A stretch of 64,000 nucleotides of DNA from Bacteroidales bacterium (lineage in GTDB: Bacteria > Bacteroidota > Bacteroidia > Bacteroidales > Prolixibacteraceae): positions 1,148-65,147 of the forward strand of contig JBBQMW010000002.1 of the NCBI GenBank assembly GCA_038329265.1. The letters run 5' to 3'. A program made the translations under genes and the position numbers. Below, piece by piece: positions 38,477 to 47,771 of the stretch (the first letter of the stretch is position 1; each line of letters opens with the position of its first letter). The notes under the pieces are model-generated. The model saw nothing but the letters and a program-made list of their open reading frames with translations, was not told the origin of the DNA and did not search any database.

Positions 38477-39910
38477 TTAATTTGCCATGCCTGCAACGAC
38501 TTCAACAATAGGCTTCAATAAATCAAATATCGGCTGAGGATAAATTCCAAGTACAAGAATGATCGCGATTAACGGAACTAGAATCAGGTAGTCCAGGCCA
38601 ATCAGGTCGGTAATTTTCCCATGCATGACTTTCTTTTCACCGAGCATCACGCGCTGATAGGCATACAGCATATAAATTGCGCCAAGTATCATGGTTAAAC
38701 CGCCAAGTGCAGCAAACCAAATGGATTGCTGAAACAATCCGGTAATAATCAGGAATTCACCTACAAACCCTGCAGTTAGAGGAAGCGCTATCGATCCAAG
38801 TACAATGATCAGGAAAAGAATGGACATATTGGGAGCATTCAGCTTCAACCCGCCCAACTGAGGAAATTCGGTTGTCCCGGTTTTTTCTTTAACCAAACAA
38901 GCCACATAAAAAAGAGCAGCAATAGTAACTCCGTGACTCAAGACCTGAAAAAGAAGTCCTTCGATCGCATATTGGTTTAAAACGAAAAGGGCCGCTACCA
39001 TCAATGAAATATGAGCCATGGACGAATAGGCAATCATAGTTTTCAGATTACTATGCCTGAACGCAATAATTGAGGCATAAATAACACCGGTCAAACTCAA
39101 TATAATTACCAGATTTTGCCAGTAAAGTACTCCAAGTGGAATTACCGGAAATAGAAACCGCAAAGCACCGTAAATACCCATTTTGGTCATCACTCCGGCC
39201 AAAATCATGACACCTTGTGTCGAAGCCATTTTATAGGTAGTCGGTTGCCAGGTGTGAAACGGGAAGACCGGCATCTTGATGGCAAATGCAATAAAAAGTA
39301 TCCAGAATAACCAGATTTGATTGCTTTCAGGAATATTGAGTTGCCTGAATACTGAAAAATCGGTGGTGTGTGTGCCGGGAGTTAACTGATACAGATAAAT
39401 GATTCCAAATAACAGGAATAGACTACCGGTTAAGGTATAGATAAAGAATTTTAATGTAATCGCCCGGCGCCCGTCACCACCCCAGAGAAGCAAAATGAAA
39501 TAGACCGGAATCAGAGCCAATTCCCAGAAAACGTAAAATAGAAATGCATTCTGTGCCAGAAAAACGCCAATCAAAGCGGATTGTGTGGTCAAGATCAGGA
39601 AGTTCAGCAAGGAAACGTTTTTCTGATCGCGGTTAAAACCGGCAAGCAAAATAAATGGGAAAAGGAGGTTGGTTAGCAAGATCATAATCAGGCTGATTCC
39701 ATCGTAACCCAACGAAAACTGAATGCCCATAAAGTTGATCCAATTGGTTGCATATTCATTGGCAGCACCCGAAAAAACCAGCGGCACAGTAAGCAGCAAA
39801 TTCACTACCGAACCAGCCAAAGCGACATATCGTACCATTGCCGTATTCCTGAAAAGAAAGAGAAATATGCCGGTAATAATTGGGACAATTAAAATTATCA
39901 GTAATATCAT
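38477..39910 (-). CDS. nuoM: NADH-quinone oxidoreductase subunit M
   Basis: FYVFWELALIP, KFFIYT, AIKMPVFPFHTW, GFVGEF. Confidence 0.95.
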   Translation of the reverse strand: MILLIILIVPIITGIFLFLFRNTAMVRYVALAGSVVNLLLTVPLVFSGAANEYATNWINFMGIQFSLGYDGISLIMILLTNLLFPFILLAGFNRDQKNVSLLNFLILTTQSALIGVFLAQNAFLFYVFWELALIPVYFILLLWGGDGRRAITLKFFIYTLTGSLFLLFGIIYLYQLTPGTHTTDFSVFRQLNIPESNQIWLFWILFIAFAIKMPVFPFHTWQPTTYKMASTQGVMILAGVMTKMGIYGALRFLFPVIPLGVLYWQNLVIILSLTGVIYASIIAFRHSNLKTMIAYSSMAHISLMVAALFVLNQYAIEGLLFQVLSHGVTIAALFYVACLVKEKTGTTEFPQLGGLKLNAPNMSILFLIIVLGSIALPLTAGFVGEFLIITGLFQQSIWFAALGGLTMILGAIYMLYAYQRVMLGEKKVMHGKITDLIGLDYLILVPLIAIILVLGIYPQPIFDLLKPIVEVVAGMAN

Positions 39911-39914
39911 AAGA

Positions 39915-41816
39915 TCAGATTATCAGGATGAATACGATAAATAATAGAATTCCTGCCACCATCGCAAAAAAGTAAAAACTCATGTTGCCGCGTTGCAGCT
40001 TGCGTATGATATCTCCAAATTTTAAAGTAGCGTCACCAATGCCGTCAACAGCAGGATTTAAAACAGTAGTTTCTATTTTATTGAAAAGGAAACCGGAAAG
40101 AATCCGGTATGGCTTTTCAAATACCGCGACATAAATTTCATCGATATAGAATTTGTTGGAAACCAATCTATCGGAAAAGGACAATGCAATGTCGTCAGCT
40201 TTCGGGACAACCGATCTCGTTACAAAAGTCCGGTATGCAAATAGAATAACCAGTCCGATGAGTAAAGTTGACAAAAGGATCAGTCCAATTTCGGTGCTGT
40301 GGCTAATTTCTTCTCCTGAAATGGATGAAACTGCACTTTGAAGGAAAGTTGTGAATTTTGAACCGCCTCCAAAAAGCGATGGAATATTCAGAAACCCACC
40401 AAAAACTGAGAGAACAGCCAATAGCATCAAAGGTACAGTCATCACTTTGGGCGATTCGTGCGGATGCGCTCCGACCAGACGCTGCTCGCCAAAAAATACC
40501 AGATACAATAACCTGAACATGTAAAAACTGGTTAGTAATGCTCCGGCCAGTGCCAGAACATACAAAAGCAGATTGTGTTCGAATGCTTTGCTCAGGATCA
40601 GATCTTTACTGAAGAAGCCCGAGAATGGTGGTATTCCGCTAATGGCGAGCGTGGCCGCCAGAAAAGTCCAGTAAGTTGCCGGCATTTTTTTCCTCAACCC
40701 TCCCATTTTGCGAATGTCCTGTTCACCGCTCATTGCATGAATAACACTTCCGGCGCCAAGAAAGAGCAATGCTTTGAAGAAGGCGTGTGTGGTGACATGA
40801 AAAACAGCAGTAGAAAATGCGCCAACTCCCAGCGCAATAAACATGTATCCCAGTTGCGAAACCGTGGAATAAGCCAATATTTTTTTAATGTCGTTTTGTC
40901 TCAGGCCAATAATTGCGCCCAACAGTGCAGTTGACAATCCTATTACGGTTATTACTGTCAGTGTGATTGGCGCCAGATTATAGAGAATACTTGAACGGGC
41001 AATCATATAAATACCAGCGGTTACCATTGTTGCGGCATGGATAAGCGCTGAAACCGGAGTCGGGCCAGCCATGGCATCGGGCAACCAGGTAAAAAGCGGA
41101 ATCTGTGCACTTTTACCAACAGCTCCAACCAACAGCAAAAGAGTTATGAGTGTAATTACAGGTGCTCCGATTTGAAAAGCAGTTGCCTGGGCGAATATTT
41201 CAGAAAAAGTTACTGAATTGAAGGTGAAGAAAAGTAGGATAATTCCCATGATAAATCCAAGATCACCAATCCGGTTCATCACAAAGGCTTTCCGTGCTGC
41301 GTAATTAAATGCAGGATTTTTAAACCAGAATCCAATGAGCAGATAGGAGCAAAGCCCAACGCCTTCCCAACCAATAAACAGAATCAGGTAATTGGCGCCC
41401 ATCACCAGCAACAACATGCTGAAAGTAAATAAATTCATCTGGGCGAAGAAGGAATTTACCCTATCATCGCCGTGCATGTATCCGATGGAATAAATATGGA
41501 TGAGTGCGCCAACTCCGGTAATAATCAACATCATGGTCAGCGATAGATGATCGATCAGAAATGCAAACGGGATGTTCATTTTACCAATTGAAATCCAATT
41601 AAAAAGTGTAACCGTCGCAGAGTCCTGTCCTGAATTCCGGAGAACAAAAAAGAATGCAACGGTTGCCAGAAACGATAAGCCAACCATAGTGCTGGCAATT
41701 ATTCCGGCCTGATTGTGTTTTAATCGCTTGTATGCCAGCCCGGTGATCAGGAATCCCAGCAGTGGAAAAGCCGGTACAAGCCAGGCTAAGTTAATGTACG
41801 GAATTGATCCTACCAT
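39915..41816 (-). CDS. nuoL: NADH-quinone oxidoreductase subunit L
   Basis: GWEGVGLCSYLLIGFW, GKSAQIPL..WLPDAMAGPTPVSALIHAATMV, HAFFKALLF. Confidence 0.96.
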   Translation of the reverse strand: MVGSIPYINLAWLVPAFPLLGFLITGLAYKRLKHNQAGIIASTMVGLSFLATVAFFFVLRNSGQDSATVTLFNWISIGKMNIPFAFLIDHLSLTMMLIITGVGALIHIYSIGYMHGDDRVNSFFAQMNLFTFSMLLLVMGANYLILFIGWEGVGLCSYLLIGFWFKNPAFNYAARKAFVMNRIGDLGFIMGIILLFFTFNSVTFSEIFAQATAFQIGAPVITLITLLLLVGAVGKSAQIPLFTWLPDAMAGPTPVSALIHAATMVTAGIYMIARSSILYNLAPITLTVITVIGLSTALLGAIIGLRQNDIKKILAYSTVSQLGYMFIALGVGAFSTAVFHVTTHAFFKALLFLGAGSVIHAMSGEQDIRKMGGLRKKMPATYWTFLAATLAISGIPPFSGFFSKDLILSKAFEHNLLLYVLALAGALLTSFYMFRLLYLVFFGEQRLVGAHPHESPKVMTVPLMLLAVLSVFGGFLNIPSLFGGGSKFTTFLQSAVSSISGEEISHSTEIGLILLSTLLIGLVILFAYRTFVTRSVVPKADDIALSFSDRLVSNKFYIDEIYVAVFEKPYRILSGFLFNKIETTVLNPAVDGIGDATLKFGDIIRKLQRGNMSFYFFAMVAGILLFIVFILII

Positions 41817-42139
41817 TTCAAACGGTTCAAAAGGTTAATATCTACCGAATCCACATTTCGTTTCATCATCACCAATATCGAAAGTCCGACAGCCACTTCG
41901 GCTGCTGCCACAATCATGATGAAAAATACAAAAACCTGGCCTGCAGGGTCGGAATGATAAGCCGAAAATGCAGTAAGTAATAAATTTACAGAATTGAACA
42001 TCAACTCGATACACATCAAAACAATGATTGTGTTTCGACGGTACAAAACGCCAATCAATCCAATACTGAAAAGAGTTGTACTCAAAAGAATGTAATGCTC
42101 GAGTGGGATGATTTGTATTGCAGATGATATGGTTTGCAT
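41810..42139 (-). CDS. nuoK: NADH-quinone oxidoreductase subunit K
   Basis: RRN..LMCIELMFNSVNL, VAAAEVAVGL. Confidence 0.94.
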   Translation of the reverse strand: MQTISSAIQIIPLEHYILLSTTLFSIGLIGVLYRRNTIIVLMCIELMFNSVNLLLTAFSAYHSDPAGQVFVFFIMIVAAAEVAVGLSILVMMKRNVDSVDINLLNRLKW

Positions 42140-42140
42140 G

Positions 42141-42554
42141 ATTATAAGTTATAAATTATAAGTTGTTATTTTTCTTCGTGGTGAGAATGGCACTACGAAG
42201 CATTTTTAATAACTCAACTGCTTCATTATTTATACTTTCAAATTCTTTTTCATTCAGGTAATTCGTTTCTTTCAATAATTCCAGCCAATATATAGTTTCA
42301 TCGCATTCTTTTTGGGATATATCCAATTTATGAATGAAATCTTTTGTGCTTTCAGCGTTTTGTGCTTCCCTGACCAATGCGCCAATTGCCGTTCCACTTC
42401 TCAATAACTGTTTGCTTAAAACATATTCCTTTTTTGTTTCAACTAAAAGCTGGAAAAGCCTGATGATGCGAACAGCAAAAGCAAAACTCTTATCCTTCAA
42501 GGCACTTCTCTTCTCTGTCATAATTTATAACTCATAATTTATAACTCATAACTT
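42141..42554 (-). mobile_element. four-helix-bundle cassette flanked by complementary heptamer arrays
   Basis: attataa gttataa attataa gtt (42141-42164) and tcataat ttataac tcataat ttataac tcataac (42518-42552) are near reverse complements enclosing the ORF; mobility is inferred. Confidence 0.6.
42156..42521 (-). CDS. four helix bundle protein (23S rRNA intervening-sequence protein family)
   Basis: KSFAFAVRII, EYVLSKQLLRSGTAIGALVREA..AESTKDFIHKL..KECDETIYWLELL. Confidence 0.92.
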   Translation of the reverse strand: MTEKRSALKDKSFAFAVRIIRLFQLLVETKKEYVLSKQLLRSGTAIGALVREAQNAESTKDFIHKLDISQKECDETIYWLELLKETNYLNEKEFESINNEAVELLKMLRSAILTTKKNNNL

Positions 42555-43049
42555 GCTATCCTCGTCTTTTTTACCAAACATGACTGCTCCTACCATTGCC
42601 GAAATAAATAGAACTGATGATACTTCGAATGGAAGAAGAAACTCCTGAAATAATGTTTTCCCAATTTGCGCAACCAAACCGATTTGTGAGTCATACGGAT
42701 AACGAGGATGTATTTCAAAGGTTAAACGTGTTGATGCAATCAAAACCAGAAAAAACATTCCTCCGGTTACAACTGCCGCAATTCTGGTCATCGAAGTTTT
42801 TGTTGGGATATAAACTTTATTCAGGTTCAGGAGCATAATCACGAAGAGGAATAAAACCATGATGGCTCCGGTATACACAATGATTTGTACCACCGCCAGA
42901 AACTGCGCATTCAGCAGAATGTAATGACCTGCCATAGTGATGAAGCATACAATCAGATAAATGACACTGTTTATAGGGCTTCGGGTTGAAATAACCAGCA
43001 AAGCGCTAATAACCATGAGTGCCGAAAGCAGGTAAAATAGTACTATCAT
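42546..43049 (-). CDS. nuoJ: NADH-quinone oxidoreductase subunit J
   Basis: AQFLAVVQIIVYTGAIMVLFLFVIMLL, LLPFEVSS. Confidence 0.94.
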   Translation of the reverse strand: MIVLFYLLSALMVISALLVISTRSPINSVIYLIVCFITMAGHYILLNAQFLAVVQIIVYTGAIMVLFLFVIMLLNLNKVYIPTKTSMTRIAAVVTGGMFFLVLIASTRLTFEIHPRYPYDSQIGLVAQIGKTLFQEFLLPFEVSSVLFISAMVGAVMFGKKDEDSKL

Positions 43050-43057
43050 TTTATTTA

Positions 43058-43633
43058 CTATTTATTGTGAGCAAAACGTTTGTTTTGCTTGAATTTCAAT
43101 ACATTTTCGGTTTGTCTTACCGAAACGTCAATCCTCAGATTTAAATCAAGAGGTTCAACCAAACGATCTTTTCCGTACACAAACGGCAGGCGTTCATATT
43201 CCGACTCAACAATCCGGTCAGTCAGAAAGATAGCTTCTTTTGGGCAGGCTTCTTCGCAATCGCCGCAGAAAATGCACCGGAGCATGTTGATTTCATATAC
43301 TTCGGCATATTTCTCTTCGCGGTACAAATGTTCTTCGCCCGGTTTGCGTTCGGCTGCTATCATTATGATGGCTTCTGCCGGACAGGCCACTGCGCATAAA
43401 CCGCAGGCCGTGCATCGTTCACGACCTTCATCATCACGTTTTAAAACATGTAGTCCGCGGTATATCTGACTAAACTCACGGGTTTGTTCCGGATAACTGA
43501 TCGTTGCCTTTTTCTTAAAGAAATGCTTCAATGTAATGAACATGCCTTTCACAATGGCAGGAAGATAAATTCGTTCAACGAAGGTCATCTTCTTGTCCGA
43601 CACCACTTTCGATCTGTTTGTTAAAGCTTGCAT
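43058..43633 (-). CDS. nuoI: NADH-quinone oxidoreductase subunit I
   Basis: CTACGLCAVACP and CIFCGDCEEACP 4Fe-4S motifs. Confidence 0.95.
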   Translation of the reverse strand: MQALTNRSKVVSDKKMTFVERIYLPAIVKGMFITLKHFFKKKATISYPEQTREFSQIYRGLHVLKRDDEGRERCTACGLCAVACPAEAIIMIAAERKPGEEHLYREEKYAEVYEINMLRCIFCGDCEEACPKEAIFLTDRIVESEYERLPFVYGKDRLVEPLDLNLRIDVSVRQTENVLKFKQNKRFAHNK

Positions 43634-43644
43634 GGCGTATTCGG

Positions 43645-44676
43645 TTAATTGAATTCAGTAAAATAATAATAAGCACCGGTTGCAAGGATATTGAAGATTG
43701 CCATTGGCATCAATTTTTTCCAACCCAGATTCATCAGCTGGTCGTATCGAAACCTTGGCAGTGTCCATCTGATCCACATGAAAAGGAAAATAAATCCTAA
43801 AATCTTCAGGAAGAAAAAGAAAGATCCAAGCAAGGTAACAACATTTGCTGATAGTCCCAACTGATCGATAAACGGCATGTTATAACCACCAAAATACAAG
43901 GTGGCAATTACTGCCGATGAAATAAACATGTTGATGTACTCGGCAAACAGGTAAAAACCTAGTTTCATCGAGCTGTATTCGGTATGGTAACCGCCAATCA
44001 ATTCGGTTTCACATTCAGGAAGATCGAAAGGTGCACGGTTCGTTTCTGCAAAAGCGCAAATCAGGAAGATCAGAAAGCCCAATGGTTGATAAAATACATT
44101 CCAGTGCATTCCATGCTGCTGCTCAACAATTTCGTGAAGGCTCAAAGTGCCGGTTGTAAGAATCAGCGCGACAATCGACATTCCCATTGCAATTTCGTAA
44201 CTGATCATTTGCGATGCTGCGCGGATCGAACCCAGCAATGCGTATTTGTTGTTCGAGGCCCAACCTCCAATCATGATGCCGTAAACACCAATGGAAACCA
44301 TTGCGAAGACATACAATATGCCGATGTTCAAATCTGCAATCTGCATCGAAAACTCGCGTCCGCCAATGGTTATCGTGTCTCCCCAAGGAATCACGACTCC
44401 GGTAAGCATGGCTGTGGTCATGGCAATGGATGGACCCAAAATGAAAAGAACCCGGTTTGCTGTTGTTGGAATGATTTCCTCCTTCATGAACATTTTAACG
44501 CCATCAGCGATAGGTTGCAGCAAGCCAAAAAGGCCTGCACGGTTTGGACCTCGCCGATCCTGCATGAAGGCAGCAACTTTTCGCTCACCATAGGTCGAAT
44601 ACATGGCTACAATCAGGGTAACCAGGAAAATGATGATCAAAAAGATGGTTTTATAAATGTATAGTATCCAATCCAT
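43645..44676 (-). CDS. nuoH: NADH-quinone oxidoreductase subunit H
   Basis: ERKVAAFMQDRRGPNR, QPIADGVK, ETNRAPFDLPE, TLPRFRYDQLM. Confidence 0.96.
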   Translation of the reverse strand: MDWILYIYKTIFLIIIFLVTLIVAMYSTYGERKVAAFMQDRRGPNRAGLFGLLQPIADGVKMFMKEEIIPTTANRVLFILGPSIAMTTAMLTGVVIPWGDTITIGGREFSMQIADLNIGILYVFAMVSIGVYGIMIGGWASNNKYALLGSIRAASQMISYEIAMGMSIVALILTTGTLSLHEIVEQQHGMHWNVFYQPLGFLIFLICAFAETNRAPFDLPECETELIGGYHTEYSSMKLGFYLFAEYINMFISSAVIATLYFGGYNMPFIDQLGLSANVVTLLGSFFFFLKILGFIFLFMWIRWTLPRFRYDQLMNLGWKKLMPMAIFNILATGAYYYFTEFN

Positions 44677-44682
44677 ATTGTG

Positions 44683-45603
44683 TTATTTTTCGTAATGGTT
44701 TTGACCGATTACCGAAATCCGTTCAATCTTTCGGGGGCCTTCAATAACCCAGTCTTTGGTTTCTTTATGCTCGAAACGGCAATCGTTACAAATAAATTCT
44801 TCCAGTTCACCGTATTTATCTTTACGTCCGGTCACACGCAGAATCTCCGTTCCTTTCATCCAAAGAACAGTTTTCCCGCAGCATTTCGGACAATGGCGAT
44901 GCGCATCAACAGGTTTGGTGAACCAAACGCGGCTTTTAAAACGGAAGGTCTGGTCGGTTAGCGCACCAACCGGGCAAACATCAATCATGTTTCCTGAAAA
45001 ATCGTTGTCGACAGCTTTAGTGATGTAAGTGCTGATTTCACAATGATCGCCCCGACCCAGAACACCGTGAACACGCTGATCGGTCAACTGATCGGCAACC
45101 ATAACGCAGCGGTAGCAAAGGATGCAACGATTCATGTGCAACTTGATTTTGTCGCCAATATCAATCGGTGCAAAAGTTCGTCTATCTTCGGTTGTTTCTG
45201 TATCAACCAATCCGTGGTCGTATGATAAATCCTGAAGGTGGCATTCGCCGGCCTGATCGCAAACTGGGCAATCGAGCGGGTGATTGAGCAAAAGAAAAGA
45301 GGTAACAGCCTTGCGGGCTTCCATCACCTCAGGAGAAGTAATGTTTTGCACTACCATTCCATCCTGAACTGTAGTTCGGCAGGATGCCACCAGTTTGGTC
45401 ATTGGCCGTGGGTCTTTAGATGATCCTTGTGCTACTTTTACCAGGCAACTGCGGCATTTTCCGCCACTGCCTTCAAGTTTCGAATAATAGCACATCGCAG
45501 GCGGAACCACGTTGCCTCCAATTTTTCGGGCAGCATTCAGAATGGTTGTTCCGGATTCGACTTCAACCTCAATATTATCTATCGTTACTTTGACAAGGGA
45601 CAT
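44683..45603 (-). CDS. nuoG: NADH-quinone oxidoreductase subunit G, short form (Fe-S domains only)
   Basis: CY..GKCRSCLV..SC, HPLDCPVCDQAGEC, RCILCYRC, DVCPVGAL; only 306 aa. Confidence 0.92.
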   Translation of the reverse strand: MSLVKVTIDNIEVEVESGTTILNAARKIGGNVVPPAMCYYSKLEGSGGKCRSCLVKVAQGSSKDPRPMTKLVASCRTTVQDGMVVQNITSPEVMEARKAVTSFLLLNHPLDCPVCDQAGECHLQDLSYDHGLVDTETTEDRRTFAPIDIGDKIKLHMNRCILCYRCVMVADQLTDQRVHGVLGRGDHCEISTYITKAVDNDFSGNMIDVCPVGALTDQTFRFKSRVWFTKPVDAHRHCPKCCGKTVLWMKGTEILRVTGRKDKYGELEEFICNDCRFEHKETKDWVIEGPRKIERISVIGQNHYEK

Positions 45604-46892
45604 TGCTGTAATTTTACGTGATCTTCAAATTCCTGACGGAAATGACGGACTGAACTCGCAACTGGCCATGCAGCAGCCTCGCCCAACGGACAAATCGTAT
45701 TTCCTTCTATATGTTTCGAAATGCTGACCAGCAAATCAATATCTTTCATAGTTCCACGGCCATCTTCAATTCGTTGCAAAATCTTTTCCATCCAGCCGGT
45801 ACCTTCGCGGCAGGGGCTGCATTGTCCGCACGATTCATGATGGTAGAACCGTGCAAAGGTTAAAAGGTTCTTCACCATGCAAGTGGTATCATCCATTACA
45901 ATAAATCCGCCCGATCCGAGCATCGTTCCGGTTTCGAAACCTCCTTCAGCCAGCGATTCGTAGCTCATCAGTCGAGGTTCGCCTTTGGCTGTTCTCAATA
46001 TCAGATCAGCCGGAAGGATGGGAACCGATGAACCTCCTGCGACAACTGCTTTCAATTTGTTACCGTTTCGGATTCCGCCACAATACTGATCGCTGTATAT
46101 AAATTCTTCAACCGGAAGCCCGAGTTCAATCTCGTAAATTCCCGGTTTGTTAATGTGGCCGCATGCCGAAATGAGTTTCGTTCCTTTGCTGTTTCCAACG
46201 CCAATAGCTGCATAAGCATCGGCACCGTTATTCATGATCCATGGAAGAGCTGCAATGGTTTCCACATTGTTGACTACCGTCGGACAATCGTACAAACCAA
46301 CAATGGCCGGAAATGGCGGCTTGATTCGAGGATTGCCGCGTTTCCCTTCCAACGATTCAATCAAGGCAGTTTCTTCTCCGCAGATGTAAGCACCGCCGCC
46401 GGGATGGCAATACAGGTCGAGCGAATAACCGCTTCCTAAAATATTTTCGCCCAGAAAACCTTTTGCATATGCTTCTTCAATGGCTTTTTCGATGATCCGT
46501 AGCACGTAAAATAGCTCGCCGCGAATGTAAATGTACGAGGTACGGGCTCCTAAGGCGTATGAGCCCAAAATCATTCCTTCAATAAGTTGATGTGGATTGA
46601 GTTGGCCAATGTGACGGTCTTTAAAAGTTCCGGGTTCACTTTCATCAAAATTGCAAACAAAGTATCTTGGATTGTTTGTGCTTTTATCAATAAATCCCCA
46701 TTTCATCCCTGTCGGGAAACCTGCTCCGCCCCGTCCTCTCATGCCCGACTTTTTAACTTCGGCAGTCACTTCATCCGGAGTAAAATTCTTTAGTGTCTTT
46801 TCAACAGAAGCATATCCTCCGAGTTTTCGGTAAACCTCGAAACTGGCCAGCCCGGGAACCTCTATGTTGTTGAGTAGTATTTGCTGTGCCAT
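45585..46892 (-). CDS. nuoF: NADH-quinone oxidoreductase subunit F
   Basis: RGRGGAGFPTG, DESEPGTFKDR, GAYICGEETAL, ESCGQCSPCREG. Confidence 0.96.
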   Translation of the reverse strand: MAQQILLNNIEVPGLASFEVYRKLGGYASVEKTLKNFTPDEVTAEVKKSGMRGRGGAGFPTGMKWGFIDKSTNNPRYFVCNFDESEPGTFKDRHIGQLNPHQLIEGMILGSYALGARTSYIYIRGELFYVLRIIEKAIEEAYAKGFLGENILGSGYSLDLYCHPGGGAYICGEETALIESLEGKRGNPRIKPPFPAIVGLYDCPTVVNNVETIAALPWIMNNGADAYAAIGVGNSKGTKLISACGHINKPGIYEIELGLPVEEFIYSDQYCGGIRNGNKLKAVVAGGSSVPILPADLILRTAKGEPRLMSYESLAEGGFETGTMLGSGGFIVMDDTTCMVKNLLTFARFYHHESCGQCSPCREGTGWMEKILQRIEDGRGTMKDIDLLVSISKHIEGNTICPLGEAAAWPVASSVRHFRQEFEDHVKLQQCPLSK

Positions 46893-46895
46893 GGG

Positions 46896-47429
46896 TTACA
46901 GGTAAGGATTGGTATGAGAACATTTATTCTCAGCTGTCCATTTGCTCAGCAACTGGTCGGCTTTTTCACTGGTCATATTTTCGTGATATTCAGTGCCAAC
47001 CTGAATAACCGGTGCATTTCCGCAAGCAGCAAGACATTCGACCGTTTTAATTGTAAATCGTCCGTCGGCTGTAGTTTCTCCGGGTTTAATTCCTAATTTC
47101 TTTTCGAAGTGTGCAAGCAGATCTTCTGAACCTTTTAACCAGCAAGGGCCGGTTTGGCAAACTTCAATCACACAGTTTCCAACTGGCTGAAGGTTGAACA
47201 TGCTGTAAAATGAAGCGACTTCGTACACTTCAATGGGTTGAATTTCGAGCAGCGAAGCCACATAATCCATGGTTTCGGAGCTGAGCCATCCGCTGTTTTC
47301 CGATTGGGCAATGTGCAACAATGGCAATAAAGCCGATTTCTGCCGACCTTCAGGATATCGTTTTATGATCTTATTTACCAGTTCAAGAGTTTCGCTGCTG
47401 AATTCAGATGTTTGTTTTGTATTCTGCAT
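46896..47429 (-). CDS. nuoE: NADH-quinone oxidoreductase subunit E
   Basis: VASFYSMF, CQTGPC, ECLAACGNAP 2Fe-2S. Confidence 0.95.
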   Translation of the reverse strand: MQNTKQTSEFSSETLELVNKIIKRYPEGRQKSALLPLLHIAQSENSGWLSSETMDYVASLLEIQPIEVYEVASFYSMFNLQPVGNCVIEVCQTGPCWLKGSEDLLAHFEKKLGIKPGETTADGRFTIKTVECLAACGNAPVIQVGTEYHENMTSEKADQLLSKWTAENKCSHTNPYL

Positions 47430-47445
47430 TTATATATTTTTTTTA

Positions 47446-47596
47446 ACCACAAAGGACACGCCTGTCCGCAGCAGGCGGGAAGAAGGCGCAAAGTTTCACA
47501 AAGGATTTTCTTGTCTCCCTTCGACAAGCTCAAGGGAGCGGTTCTTTATTCTTCAGTCTTTCTGTCTTTTTTCTATTTACTTTTTTCTATTTTCAA
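47446..47596. repeat. mosaic of short repeat modules in nuoD-nuoE spacer
   Basis: CACAAAG-type tandem (47446-47504) interrupted by cctgtccgcagcaggcggg; ctcccttcgacaagctcaagggag (47515-47538); pyrimidine heptamer-like tract. Confidence 0.65.
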
Positions 47597-47767
47597 GGTT
47601 TAAACTATTCCGTCCGAAAGGATTATCTTGCTTTTCTCGTTGTTTTCCCGCGCACGATTTTGTATTTATCTTCTTTATCTACAAATATTTAGCTCCTCTG
47701 GTACTAAAACAAATTTAAACCGATACCTAAAACCTTCCCCCTCAGGGGGAATTTAGAAGGGGGCTTC
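47597..47767 (-). repeat. composite palindromic intergenic element (copy 2)
   Basis: On - strand aagcccccttc..ccccctgagggggaagg..ttaggt..cgtgcgcgggaa..cggacggaatag, colinear with 7764-7950. Confidence 0.75.
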
Positions 47768-47771
47768 TTTT

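Noticed and set aside
42156-42521. Diversity-generating retroelement (Avd-like gene)
   Set aside because: No reverse transcriptase and no TR/VR pair with adenine-specific mismatches seen in the window
47269-47718. 149-aa + strand ORF over the nuoD-nuoE spacer (also 7723-8040)
   Set aside because: Low-complexity translation of repeat DNA, antisense to and overlapping real genes
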